The position numbers were made by a program, and so were the translations under genes. This document shows positions 37,892 through 52,261 of a stretch of DNA of 64,000 nucleotides, one piece after another. Under the pieces are notes generated by a model. The model had not been told where the DNA came from. It saw nothing but the letters and a program-made list of their open reading frames with translations, and did no database searches. Origin of the DNA: Eledone cirrhosa (lineage: Eukaryota); assembly GCA_964016885.1 (NCBI GenBank), contig OZ024741.1, positions 43,462,001 through 43,526,000 of the forward strand. Reading direction: 5' to 3'. Position 1 is the first letter of the stretch. Every line of letters starts with the position of its first letter.

Positions 37892-40800
37892 ATGACCTCA
37901 CTCAGAATAGGCAGCATAAATGCGCGTGGCTTGGGGTCGTCATGGAAGCAGGGCCACCTGCTCAACGACCTCAGGTCACTAAACATAGATGTAGTGGCCA
38001 TCAGCGAGACCAGAATCTCCGAAGCACAGGCTTTCGCACCGATCTTCGGCGGCTACGATGTGTACGCATCTCACAGCCGTCCGGGATCGGGGGGAGGAGT
38101 TGCTGTGCTTTTTCGGAGAGGTTTGGTTCTTGCCATACGGGCCATCTTCCTGGACCCAGAAGGTAAGTTGGTGGTGCTGGACGTGACCAGCGGAGACGGG
38201 CAAGCTTTCAGGTTAGTGGCCGTCTATGCCCCGACAGGAGCAGGGCGGTCTGATTTCTTCCGGCGTCTGGAGACCTTTCTTGGAACGTCCCACCCTTTAG
38301 TGTTAGTGGGCGACTGGAACGGGATCTTAGATGCACGCTGGGATTGTGTGGGATTAGTGGATAGGGAAGGGGGGGTGCAAGAGTCTCACCAACCTGCTCA
38401 GACGTTTTGAACAGTCTGACAGGTACCGAATGGATTTCCCGAATGTACCAATGTGGACTTGGACAAATGGCATAGGGTCATCCAGATCATATCTAGATAG
38501 AGTATTTTGTAGGGAAATAGATAGGTCTAGCATAGTCTGTCCACAATTCAAGATAGTCAGCTACACGGACCACAAATTTGTGATTTGTGTGCTTGACTTA
38601 GATAGGCTTCATAGGCGAGGACCCGGCTACTGGAAGCTAAACGCGTCCTTACCAGCGCGCAAGGCCTACAGATACCGGATTAGCGAACTAGTTAAGCGGG
38701 CGTTGATGGGGGCCATCGTCAACAACAAGTGGTGGTTTGCTCTGAAAAGAGCAATTAGAATAGAGTCCATTAGGTTTAGTAAGGCTTTAGCAATAGAGAA
38801 AAATAGAGCAGAGGGAGAACTAGTTAGAAAATTAGATGAGGCGCTTAGCAAAGGCATCGCGACCGACGTACTTGCGGCGAAATTGGCCCTTGACCAATTC
38901 TTCAATGCAAAGCACGAACGCTGCGTTGTCAGAGCTAGGGTGCGTGCTCTCAGACACGAGGGAACGAAAGCCGTTCAATGGGACCGAGTGGCGGAGGCGC
39001 GTCGTGGCAACAAAGCCACGATCCGGTCTTTGGTGGACCACGACGGGCGCATGCTACTCGATCCCGGGCAAATGTGTGAAGCTTTTCAGCGACACTTCGC
39101 TCAACTGTTCGGGGGCAGTGGCGGGCCGGATCGAGGGATGGAATTTAGTGTCTACCTCGACGGACTGCCGCGGCTTTCGGCCACTGAGGCGGAGTGTTGC
39201 GAAAAGCCGATAACAACCGCTGAAGTACGGGATGCAATGACTAGTTGCACAAGGGGTAAATCGCCTGGTTTGGATGGTCTGCCCTATGAACTTTACGTAC
39301 AAATGCCAAACTTGTTCGGAGGTCTCTAGGCGGACATCTACTGCAACTGGCAACAGAACGGGAGAATTCCCAGCTCTGTGAGCCGAGGAGCGGTGGCGCT
39401 GCTGAGAAAGGATCCGAACAAGGGGGATAACATAGATAGTTTTAGGCCCATAACTCTGCTAAACACAAAGTTCAAGATTTTGGCCAAGGTGCTAGCAAAG
39501 AGGTTGGCGCTTGTCGTTGGTGGTCTGGTGGGAGAGGCACAGACATGCGCCATTCCCGACAGATGGATCCACGACAACCTCCACCTCATGCAATACATCG
39601 TAGAGAGGGTAGCTAGGGAACCTGGCACGGGTGGGTCTTTGTTCAATTTAGATCAGTCGAAAGCCTTCGATAGGGTCGACCATCGTTACCTAGAGGCAGT
39701 CCTGAGGGCGGCTGGCTTTGGGCCCGTCTTCAGAGGCTGGATCGCTGCCATGCACAGCGTCATCTGCTCTGTAGTGAGAGTGAACGGTCACCTTTCGGAA
39801 CCGTTCAACATCATGCGCTCGGTCCGCCAAGGATGTCCCCTCTCGTCCCTATTGTACGTATTGAGTCTCGAGCCATTACTGCACAAACTGGATACATTGA
39901 GGGGGATCCCGCGCGAACTAGGATGCGGAAGATCCGTGTCAGCATATGCCGACGATGTCACCGTAGTGGTGTCGAACGCCAAACACATCGAGGCGATCGG
40001 CACTACACTAAGAGAATACGAAGCGGTGACAGGAGCAATGATCAACCAGGAAAAGTCAGTGGGCCTGCAGCTCGGCACCTGGAGAGGCAGGTCCATGCCG
40101 TTCAACAGCGTCGTCGGGCGCTGGACAGACGGACCGGTTAAATTGCTAGGGGTCTGGTTCGGTCCAGACCTCCAGACGGACAAAAAGTGGGACGAGGTGA
40201 CGAGCAGGGTGGCTTCTCTCACCCAGAAATGGGCCGAGAGGAAGCTATCCCTGAAATGTCGAGCGGAGGTGGCTAACGCGTACATCGCGTCCGTCATCTA
40301 CTACCGCCTGACCGTCGTACCTTGTCCTAAGCCCCGCCTGACTGCGCTGGAGCGTTTGCTCTTTCGCTTCTTGTGGAAGGGACGCGCTCCGATGGTCAGG
40401 CGGTCCATCTGCTGTCAACACCCGCTACGTGGAGGGGTGGGCATGCCGTGGCTGATGATGCGCAGACACGCGCTCAGGCTACGACATCTCCACCTCTTCC
40501 TCGACGGTGATCAGGTGTGGTCGCCGTTTGCTAGACACGTTTTTCCCCAGCTCGTCTCCTTGACGGAGCTGCAGTCCTGGGTCAAGCGAAGACCGAGAGG
40601 GAGCGCTTGGAGCCTGGAATGTCTTCAGGCGCTCACAGCCCTCGACCAATCGGGCAATGTGATCGGTGGAAACTCCACCTTGGCGTTCTATAGGGGATTA
40701 GTGGAGGGGAAGAGCGACGACGTACTTGGAGAAACTCTAGGCGTCGACGAAAATCAACTAGCCAATCTCTTCGGGAGGACATTCGGGCCGGGGCCTATTG

Positions 40801-41310
40801 ACAACTTCCAGAAATACCTGGCCTGGCAGTGCTACCGGGGTGCTTTGCCAGTTCGGGATAAACTCTACAGGCATGGAGGTGCCGTCAGTCGGTCATGTCC
40901 GAGATGCGCACAGGGCGACGAAACCGTCCTGCACGCACTCGTCCAGTGTCCGAGCATTGCTGACTTGTGGGTTTATGTCGAACACCTGCTGTTACGTGTA
41001 TGACGGATCCAGCTATCAGCTGAGTCCATTGTGAGGATTGCCCCGCCCTCTTCCTTTAGCCGGGAAGGGCAGGCAGTTTTTATGTCTGGTGGCCATGGCG
41101 AAAGAGATAGTATGGTGGACACGTTTGAAAGGGCTGAAGACGAGCACTTACCTCTTCGGTGATGCCCTGATTAACTTTTTCAATTTTCATCTGAAAGGGA
41201 AAATCAGGGTAGAGAGGGAAGTGCTCTCTTCCCAGCATTTTGTTGAAAGATGGGTGAGAGAAGCAAGTATGGCCCGAATGAATGGGCCTTCTCTGAGTAT
41301 GTGTCTGTAA
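37892..41310 (+). pseudogene. Tx1 ORF2 with frameshifts and nonsense codons
   Basis: Pieces 37892-38410, 38430-39329, 39378-41003 and 41038-41310 are nearly identical to 30562-33981. Confidence 0.93.
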
Positions 41311-41562
41311 ATTAAAGGTGGAAAACTGGGAGAGGGCACTTGCCTTGGTGGTCAGGGCCACTGTGGTATTTTAATGGGCTTTCTCCACAAATGTCCCTCG
41401 GAAGTCTCCCCCCTATTGGGGCATTTTTCTTTGTTATTTTTTTTTTTTATTTCATCCTCTGTTTTTTTTTACACGCAGAAATGCTCATTTGTACCGTCCT
41501 GTATTGTCATGTACTGTCCTTAATGTCTACTTTATGTAAACCCTTGTGGTTAATAAAGAAAA

Positions 41563-41608
<46 letters not shown>

Positions 41609-41614
41609 TTAGAC

Positions 41615-42200
41615 GTTGCCCAGGCTATACCATCTCTTCATCCCAAGAAGTAGCTGTTCTTCTAGGAATGATTCCTTGATTACCGAGCTATGCAGTCTAT
41701 CGAGTAACTTCACTCAAAATGTCCTACGGAGGGACCCCATTTCGGTCGATATTATGTACGATCGTGTACTTTCGTTCATTACCCAAGATTCATGACGATA
41801 GATATGTGAAACCACACACCGAATGTAAGGTAGCACATTTAGCTACAATAGCTTACTTTCTAATTACTGAGTTCTAACGCTGGCCTAATATGATGCCAGC
41901 TCCAGGAATCATTGCATTCAATTCTCTCTTTTACCTTCTATTACTCATAAAAACGGCCGCGAGATACTTGAAATTCTCCACGTGTTTAAGTGTATCTCCT
42001 TCGCAGCATTGTATTGAATAACTGCCACACAGACTCTTGCATCAAATGTATACAGTTCATGTCGGGGACGAGTTATGTAGCACCCATCGTCTACAAATAT
42101 CAACCGGCTGATCCTATACCCACAAGTACTGATACCAATGCCACTCCTGCAGCGCATTTGAATCCCATTCATCAAGATTATGAACAAGAAAGATGACTAT
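41615..42200 (-). mobile_element. Degenerate RTE-like LINE fragment
   Basis: Minus strand reads LFIILM...ISRLIFVDD and YRHESWVMNE..EMG. Confidence 0.55.
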
Positions 42201-42229
42201 ACGCTACCCTGTTCCACATCCAAATTGAG

Positions 42230-43160
42230 TTATCATAACTTAGGGTTAGGAATTTAACAACCTGCTTTTTTAAACCCCTTCGGTAAAGTCTATGCTAAAT
42301 GTTTCGCAAAGAGATCTCGGGAAATTGTCGATTCCAAGATAACTGAAACACAGCGTGGTTATGGCCTTCTTTGTACCCAGGCCGTTCAAATATTCACTCT
42401 ATTGTGTATGCTTCTTTTGGTGTAGTCATCGAATTCAAATTTGGTTTTTAACTATTGCACATATCCAAGATTAACGATAAAATTATCTTATTCTTTCACT
42501 TACCAATAACAAAATGGCGTATGATTGCGTTTCACAAGACATTTTTTGAAATGTTCTGCATGAGTAACGGATCGATGGAGAAAGCCCTGCTGCCTTGATT
42601 TATCTATACGAATGCCCTACTATTTGTGTACGGATAAATGGTGCTGAGTTGAAACCATTTAATGTGGATGTCGGACTCGTCCAAGAGTGCATACTATCAT
42701 TTCCCTTCTTCATAACCTTCAGTTGGGTTGGAAGGGGTATCAAAACTGGAAATTGCAGGCGACATGATATTGCATAACTCGTAAGTTGATCTCCGACATA
42801 TACTTGATAGGTTTAATGTCGAGTACTGCACGGCAGGTATGAAAATCAGTGCTGCACAGACTGTGACACTCGTCCTCTCAACAAGGCCTGCAAAGTGCAC
42901 TTTACATGTAAGTGGAGTTCCACTGAAGTCGGTACAGAGGTTCAAGTATCTCAGGGCCTTGTTTACGAGTAATGGAATAAAGTACGCTGGATTAAGTGCA
43001 AGATTTGCTGGAATTGGTGCAGTAATGCGCGAACTTCAGCATTCCGTAATCAGAAGATGAGATGTAGGCGTAAAATCCAAACTTGCTATCTTCAATTTTG
43101 TATTCCTCCCAAGCCTTACTTATGGTCATGAATCTTGGAAAGAATACGATCGCGAACAAA
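42230..43160 (+). mobile_element. Degenerate RTE-like LINE RT fragment
   Basis: Reads GKVYAKC, CVRING..KPFNVDVGLVQECILS, GMKIS..T..LVLS, FKYL..LFTS.G and LTYGHESW. Confidence 0.65.
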
Positions 43161-44365
43161 AACTCCGAATTCTTAATATTTAAAAAAAAAGAATCATTTG
43201 GCTTCATATGTAGATAAATGGTGTGTTTCCTTTGCAAATTTGAAACTGAATGTTTCATAATGATAGTGATTAATCCATAGAACGCATCTTTAGCCTTGAT
43301 TGATGGTTTTTTTCTTCCAACATATGTTATCTTATTGAGTTAAAATTCGTTGATGTAACTCTGTGCATGTGCAGATGTGAGCTTCAGAAAATATTCCATT
43401 TAGTCAATGGATTATAATACATAATTTATATTAGTAATTACCTCATAATAAAATAGAGTAATGTTGATATGCGGCGTCTAAATCAGGACGCGTATTTAAA
43501 TTTAAATTTAAAGCAATTTGAAACCATACCTTCCACTGTGCGCTATTGATCCTGGAGATTTTCACTCACATATGCGCACCAAATTTACAACCAACTCAAC
43601 AACAGTAGAAGAATAAGAATCAGATATCCAGATAAATATGTTTCTGCAATGAACTGATAGAAGGAATACGGTACTGCTTATTGAGTAAGATAACATGTAT
43701 CCCACATTTGCATTAAGATAGTCAATATATAATAAGAATGCATACTCTTTGACAAGTGACGGCCATGTAAACCATTCTACACATTGTCCTGATAAATTAC
43801 ACAGATACATGCTTAAAGTCACTCAACAAAATCCCATCAGTAACACTAACACCACCAACACAACAACACATACACAGCCATAAAGCAAAGATTCAACATA
43901 AGCATGATCACTATAACGGATATCAATTTCATCTCAAAGGAAGCTGTTTGCTGCCCATCCATTGTTTGCTCTCAGCCCTATCGCTCACTGAATACCACTT
44001 CATCAAACATCTACACAGGAATAAAGAAAGAGAAATAAAGTTTATAAACATCAATGGTAGAATGTTGGAAGGAAATAGGAAGGATAGAAAAGAAGGATGT
44101 GATGTAAAATACATTCATCAATCAAACGACCAGTATTCGTCGAATTTCAGAGGCGAGAAATTCTTCTATTGAATACAGAGAAATGGATGAGTATAAAAGG
44201 TGATCGAACAAATATTGATCCCACATTGAAAGTATCTGCTAGGAAATAATTTATTTTTCATTTAAATAAATTCTACCGTTCCAAACTTAATAAGAACAAC
44301 CAGAAGAAATTTAGATTGTAGGAAAATCTACTTGTTGCTCTGCGACATGTAAACACTAGTTAACT

Positions 44366-44461
<96 letters not shown>

Positions 44462-44478
44462 ATATATATATATATATG

Positions 44479-44521
<43 letters not shown>

Positions 44522-44547
44522 ATATATATATATATGTATGTATGTAA

Positions 44548-44681
<134 letters not shown>

Positions 44682-44960
44682 CATATATATATATATATAT
44701 ATCCCGGCGTAGGGGGATAGATATATAGATATATCCCGGCATTCACTGTCCCTGTTATTCATTATTCACGGAATTTTCCTTACAACCTGACTAATAATTG
44801 TTCGTGGAAACCACCGCATATTCGTGGAATCGTAAATATATTTTTATGGCTTTTATCCTGGCAATATATATATTTTTAACGTTAAATTATTAATAAAAAA
44901 ATATATACCGTATTTGCTGTTCTATTGGACGCATCTATGTATAAGAATACGGGACTACTT

Positions 44961-45037
<77 letters not shown>

Positions 45038-45269
45038 TTATATAATCGCGTATACATACATACACGATACTGCATACGCATATAGGCATGAGATGCTTGT
45101 CAATAAGAATATGTCTATTTATCTTTATCACCACCTGCAATATCAACCTATATCATTAGGTATAAACAGTTTACTTTACAATTTGACGATATATACGGAC
45201 ACGATATATTATATTCTTATATATTCATATATGGTAGTGAATTACCAGTATCCGGAGAGCTCGGAAAAC

Positions 45270-45450
45270 ATGCTTTGCAGCATAGAGTTATGGAACTTTA
45301 CATTCTTAGTTCAAATACCGCCGAGGTTAACTAACCTTTCATTCGTACGACGTCGATAAAATAAAGTACCACTAACGCACCGGAGTCGATTTCCTCGACT
45401 TTCCCTACAGATTGCTGGACCTGCCAAATATAGAAACAATTATTATACCA
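45270..45450 (+). mobile_element. Degenerate SINE fragment
   Basis: B-box-like AGTTCAAATACC followed by CTTTCAT..GTCGATAAA..AGTACCA. A similar segment lies at about 59530-59680. Confidence 0.5.
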
Positions 45451-45819
45451 TTGGATTGGCAGTATCGGTAGTGCGTTGGACAATACACTTTGCGGCATAT
45501 ATTTATATTTACGGAACTTTTCCTTCTTAGTTCAAATTCTGACGAAAATAGATTTTGAAATTGATAACTGTAAGGATTCGGGAAACATGATAATATAAAT
45601 TATATAAGTGGTGCTTTCTAGTGAGCAAATTCTCTATGTTTTAGTGAAGATATTGGCATATTAAAAGAAAGGTTACTTGAATATATGTGTGTGTATGTCG
45701 ATAGTTCTCTATAAAATAGTAAAGCAAACGTATTCAACACACATTTGAGTGCTATTGCACTGCTCGAACTCAAAACATGTAAGGACCTAAAATACATAAA
45801 ACCTATAAAACCAATGACC

Positions 45820-46660
45820 AAACAAATGCTGAGGAGGAATTGGCCATTGCAAAAATCAAACTCAATCCTAAAATGTTATTTTACTTTGCGAAAGAACACA
45901 AAGCCACTGTCTCCACTGTTGTCCCTAAGATGGATGAAAATGGCAATCTCCAAGACATTGCTAATACCATGGGTGAGATACTGCAGAAACAATACTGCTC
46001 TATTTTCAGCAATTGTGATATAGCTGATCAAGGGTGTATTATTGATGTTAATCCCCAACTCACTGAACTTATCGAACCTAATGCTGGGTTGTGTTTAAGT
46101 TCCTTCATTGCCGTTGTCAGATATAGTGTCCTGAAGGTGTGTCTACACCAACTTGCACCGATTCTAGCTAATAGGTGGAGGAACTCCCTGGATGTTGGCT
46201 ATATCCCGGAAAACCTTAAACCAGTCTGTCGTCTCAAATTTACAAACGTTAAACAAGTGCCTTGCAGGGAATTACAGTCCGATCTAACTCACTTCTCATA
46301 TAATTAAGGTATTTGTAAGTGTGGTGAGATCACAAATAACTCACATTCTTAAAAGCAACAATCTTCTGAACTCCAACAAACAAGGATTCCGCAATGACAG
46401 GGACTGCCTATCCAGCTTCTGACTCAAGTTGATGTCATTTAAAGAGCTTATGGAGAGGAATTCGAAACTGATGTCATATACCTCGACTTCATCAAGTCCT
46501 TTGACAGGGTTGATCAGAACATCCTGTAAAAAAAGTCTCCAACATTGGTATCTCTGGAAAATTAATACAATAGATGATGTGATTCCTGACAAACAGAGTC
46601 TAAAATGTTTTGGTTGAAAGAATACAATCAAGCTCAGCCAAAGTCAGTAGTGGCGTCAAA
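45820..46660 (+). mobile_element. Degenerate CR1-like LINE RT fragment
   Basis: Reads IK.NPK..YF.K, ILQKQY.SIFS, SLD.G.IP, NYSPI.LTSHIIKVF, QGFR..R.CLS, DVIYLDF.KSFDRVD and V.SGV. Confidence 0.7.
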
Positions 46661-47202
46661 TTAAAAATACAAGAAAATGATATAAAATTATTATTTCCTC
46701 ATACTTTTAATTTGATAAATTGCTCTGATTATTGAATTATTTTAATTCTTTTGATTATTTTAACTTTTTTGGTCATCGAACAAAACTTGTTAAAGCCACA
46801 CCGCACACAGGCATATGCATATGTATATATGTGTGTGTATCATTATTATATTATCCCAAACTCCCCTATGGTGGAGTTAACCATGCGTGTGCTAACTGCT
46901 TTTTCTAGCATATAGATTACTCGATTATTGTCCGCATTTACTACCCCTCTGCGACCACTGTATCACGTGTTAATTCTCCCCTCCCCCTCTTGTTAATTTC
47001 TCACTTGTTACAAACTCGTCAGGAAACAGACATCTCTTGATAATCTTATCAACCTCAGAGCGATTGTGCACTTCGACAGTGCATAAATAACTGCAAACGG
47101 ATTCGGCAAAACTTCAGTCGTGGCTTTGAAGAAAGTATAGATATATTTTTATGAATTATGACCTCGTATTTTTAATTTGACACACACACATATATATATA
47201 TA

Positions 47203-47337
<135 letters not shown>

Positions 47338-47343
47338 TTATAC

Positions 47344-47496
<153 letters not shown>

Positions 47497-47705
47497 TATG
47501 TCAAATTATCCCGAGTCAGTTTTCAGTTGCTTTGGTCACTGCAGCTGGCTTACCGGTCGCAATCTTGCATTTGCAAAGCTGTCTAAACGTAATGTTATAA
47601 CTCTAAGGTAAAATACCTTATTGAGTGCTTAGCTGCACATTCCGATTGCAATCGTTATCTTAGCTGCAGCGAGAGCTTCGATTATGCTGTACTTCCATTT
47701 GTGTG

Positions 47706-47813
<108 letters not shown>

Positions 47814-48322
47814 TGTGTGTAAAGCATGTTTAGAACGATGACCGGAATCAGATATTTTATGAGAAATTTAGAAACTGCACCGAATAGTTCAGACTATAAG
47901 GTATATTAGCAGGTGCAAACATATTTTATAGTCAAAAACATTTGATGAAGCTTCTACGTTACACACAATAAAAATATATATGTATTTCTCTAAGTTATAT
48001 GTGTCTAGCTCATCGTAATTGGAGATGGTATCTAATGTAATCAAACATGAATCGTCACATTGCCTCAACCGTGTTACATATCCTAACACACTGTATTGAT
48101 TTGTTAATAAACAACTGGTCACTATACAATAATAAATACCAATGACTACTGATCTCCTTACACCGTTTAGAGCAATGCTAATTAGATGCGATGTAGTTTA
48201 TGAATAATAATGATTCTAACTCTATAAGAAGGTCATATTTTTTAGGTGCAGTTTATAATGAAATAGATCACCGGTCATATGTCCCGTGTGCAAACATGCT
48301 AATAAACAGACACACACACACA

Positions 48323-48458
<136 letters not shown>

Positions 48459-48491
48459 TATATGTATAAATATGTATATCTATATATATAT

Positions 48492-48523
<32 letters not shown>

Positions 48524-48570
48524 GAAACTTTTTCTTATTTGCTAAACCTCGATTATATATATATATATAT

Positions 48571-48641
<71 letters not shown>

Positions 48642-48665
48642 ATACTTTGGGAGGGTATATATAGG

Positions 48666-48697
<32 letters not shown>

Positions 48698-48723
48698 CCT
48701 ATATATACATATATATATATATA

Positions 48724-48802
<79 letters not shown>

Positions 48803-48806
<4 letters not shown>

Positions 48807-48999
48807 TAATTTAATATATCAACTAACATAAGCGTACAGATGTACGCTAATGCCAGCAAATACACAGGTTATGTCATAGTACCTAGGTGGTTCAATGCAG
48901 GAGGATGCAGAACAATAATATAGAAGACGTAAAATAAGAAAATCCTTTAGAAAAAGTTTTTAAAAAAAAATGTTAACTTACTTACTTAAATTTTCAATA

Positions 49000-49000
<1 letters not shown>
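48803..49000 (-). repeat. Left arm of a long-range inverted repeat (partner 54815-55040), terminating in (TA)n
   Basis: GATAATTTAATATATCAACTAACATAAGCG..GTACCTAGGTGGTTCAATGCAGGAG is the reverse complement of 54935-55033. Confidence 0.88.
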
Positions 49001-49056
<56 letters not shown>

Positions 49057-49351
49057 TATAGGAATATTTTTTGTCTGAGATCAGTTACGCGTCCCCAATG
49101 ATAAGCGGATAGGTACACGTTCTCCTCATCTGCACGTCACTGATACGATCGAAGGCAAACATACAACGTTTTCAACGCATGTGAGTTTGTATCTATAAAT
49201 CTGTGAATACAGGAATGCATGAATATTTATGTAACAGTATATTTGAAATTAGTATACATTTGTGTATCAAATCCGTGGTTGTCTAAATATATGTTCATAC
49301 ATAAATATATAAATTTGTACGTAATCATGTAATAGTGAGTGCAATGAATAT

Positions 49352-49392
<41 letters not shown>

Positions 49393-50775
49393 CACACACA
49401 CACATACACACATACATACACACACACACACATATATATATATAAAGTCTAAAGTCTATCCTCAGCCAGAAGGCTAATTAGGCCGGTGCTTATCTCGGTT
49501 TCATGGCGTGAAGCGACTGATAGTACAAAAGCAACAAATACCTTTTATTCTACATGCAACACGCTGGTAGGCAGATCTCCTGCCGGGTCCCATCATGCCT
49601 CCTATAGCCATGGACACCCTGACCAAAACACCCAAAGCACTGTGAATATAACTGACTCTCTATAATTCGCACCCACTCAGACATTTATCACGGATTTTTC
49701 CTTTAACTCTTTTCCATGCATTTCTTCTCAATCATTCTCTCTTTAATTCTTATTAACCTTCAAATATCTATTCTTTTTTCCCCTTTATTCTCTTTATAAT
49801 CCCATTTTACCCGTTCATCCTTTCTCATTTGTACCTTTTCTTACATTGTTCCTTAAATCATCAATGTATTATTTGTCTCCACCGGATTGACCGGGATACC
49901 AACTACTTGATTATTTAATTGTTGCATTCGTTGCATTAGATACTTTAAATATTGCCTGTCATTTCCGACAAGAAGCCAGTTTTTTTCCATGGGGAGAAAT
50001 TACAAGTTATAATCCAGCTCTGAACCCAATCCCTAATACGAATATACACTTTGCCAGTTAAATATTATTCTTAGCATATTGACTGTTGTCTAGTTTCCAT
50101 AACGTCTGAATTTTAGAATTTTTTCGGGGACTTTCGACTGTGAAACCTTTAATATTTTCTATGATAAGTTATACTAACCATAGCAGTAGGTAACTTTCTC
50201 AATTTGGGGTTGATGGTCTGTATATTATCTCGCCATAAATTCTGCTGGCCACTAAACCTAGCAGTTTATGAATTTTAGCTGGTCTGAACTCCGCCTTACT
50301 ATATAGCGTTGTCGGCTGAGGTGGTGAAGGACTGGTAAATAGAGGGAACAAATAATATTGGTGGTATTCTCGGTTGTAGTTAACGGTCAGCCACCCACAC
50401 CCCTGTGACTAAGCAGGGCTGTCGGGATGACATAGAAGTTAGAAGAAAGCGGACACTCGAAGCAATAACATACTCATTCTTTTAGTCCACTCTGTTCCGC
50501 CAAAAATTGCGTCGGATGTGTTACCTTTTATCGTCATTGAAATATGTATAACGGCTCAATTAATAAAGGACCCTAATATCTTCTAATTCGCATTTTCCTC
50601 TGCGAAACTGGTAAAGGAACCAAATAAATATATATATATTTTTTTAAATAAGACTCCATTTGCATTTTCGATTTCATCTTTTTTTCTATATATATATATA
50701 TATATGTCTGAAGGTAGCTAAGATGCTTGCATAGGCGGTATGCCGGTTGAGCACTCTATGCTTTTACAGAGCAGC

Positions 50776-50808
<33 letters not shown>

Positions 50809-51175
50809 TTAAAAACAATGAAATAAAAATTCAAGCCATTAGGAAAAGACTTCACTGCTTTAGGATCGTTTCTAGGTGATAATAATACATCGTACGCATA
50901 TTTCGTTATCGATCCATGTAAGGTTTGTTACAACATATCAGATAAGGAGAATATTTACCTACTCGTATATCATCAGCTTTTGACAACAGCTGATGATATA
51001 CAAGTAGGTAAATATTTATTTCACTGTTTTAACTTATATCATGACTCTGTTTTCCTTTTGATGATTTTTTTGTTTTCCGGGATTTATTTTAACCTACAAC
51101 ATTATCAACATATGGATTACGTTGAGTTCTTCATGCAGACTAGACCCCATAACTAACTGTTGATAATTCTGCGTG

Positions 51176-51226
<51 letters not shown>

Positions 51227-51227
<1 letters not shown>

Positions 51228-51828
51228 AACCTGGACCCTTGGAATTGATGGTAACATCCAGTACAGGGTTTCTGCGAAACCTAAATTAATAGTACTGTCT
51301 GCTTAAAACAATAAGCTTTTGGTATAATGATCGAACGAGGAATATCACGTTATCAACCGGTATTTTGTTCTGCGCCAGTGTTCTTGATGACACAGTGTTC
51401 TGTAAAAGTACATGTGTAACTCACAGGGGAAAAACCTCAGATTTGGGCAAATGAATTCAGTATGTGTAAAAATAATCAATGAAAAAAATTGCATAAATAG
51501 CACAAATCTAATAAGCTCTGGACCGGGTAGTTTTTAAAATAAACTTACGCAATTAATCTGTCAATACAATTATTAACAGGTTAATTGTAAGATTCAGGAG
51601 ATTAATACAAATATAAATTCAGCGAGAATCGCATTTCGTCGGGTAGAAAAAGGGAAACGTAACGCAAATTCCGAGTCATGCTGGCAAGCGCTCCATGGGC
51701 TATAAAGACCAGAGCAATAAACATAGTTTATAAAGGCCATACAAACTGAGAAGGCGGTCAAGAAGCTGTTAACGACTTAAACCAAAAAACAAGTCAAGCT
51801 AAACAGGCCAGACAAAATAAATGACATA

Positions 51829-51875
<47 letters not shown>

Positions 51876-52102
51876 ATACTTGGATAGGGTCATATTGTTG
51901 TAATAATATTGCCAGAATTAATAACAGAACACACTCGTATATAACAAACCTGGAACCTTGGAATTGATGGTAAAATCCAGTACAGGGTTTCTGCGACACA
52001 TAAATCAATAATACTGTCTGCTTAAAACAATAAGCTTTTGGTATAATGATCTAACGAGGAACATCACGTTATCAACAGGTATTTTGATCTGCGCCAGTGT
52101 TG
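51227..52102 (+). repeat. Two ~155-bp direct repeats (51227-51385 and 51946-52102), probable PLE pLTR remnants
   Basis: AAACCTGGA.CCTTGGAATTGATGGTAA..TGCGCCAGTGTT occurs twice. The first copy continues into a degenerate hammerhead-like TTGATGA-C-ACAG/tgtt/CTGT-AAAA-GTAC. Confidence 0.7.
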
Positions 52103-52261
52103 CGGAAGACACACACATATATATATACTTACATACTTAAATATATTCAAAAATACGTAAAATCATACATGCATGAATACATACATACTTACTTACACAC
52201 CTACGCACATATATGCATACATACATACATGATGGCTGCAAACTCTTCTAAGAGTAATGCA

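Larger units (their letters stand above)
35666..41563 (+). mobile_element. Full-length L1/Tx1-type retrotransposon, family A copy 2, inserted in (TTA)n
   Basis: 5' GGCGACCTACGTAG, ORF1 and ORF2 pieces, and a 3'UTR matching family C, followed by (TTA)n at 41564-41608. Confidence 0.94.

Noticed and set aside
46985-47025. Minus-strand CTGACGA...GAAA hammerhead-like motif
   Set aside because: Stems I and III do not pair convincingly.
49560-50450. Possible LINE endonuclease relic and twister-like motif on the minus strand
   Set aside because: Only vague similarity; I could not build the conserved pairings or protein motifs.
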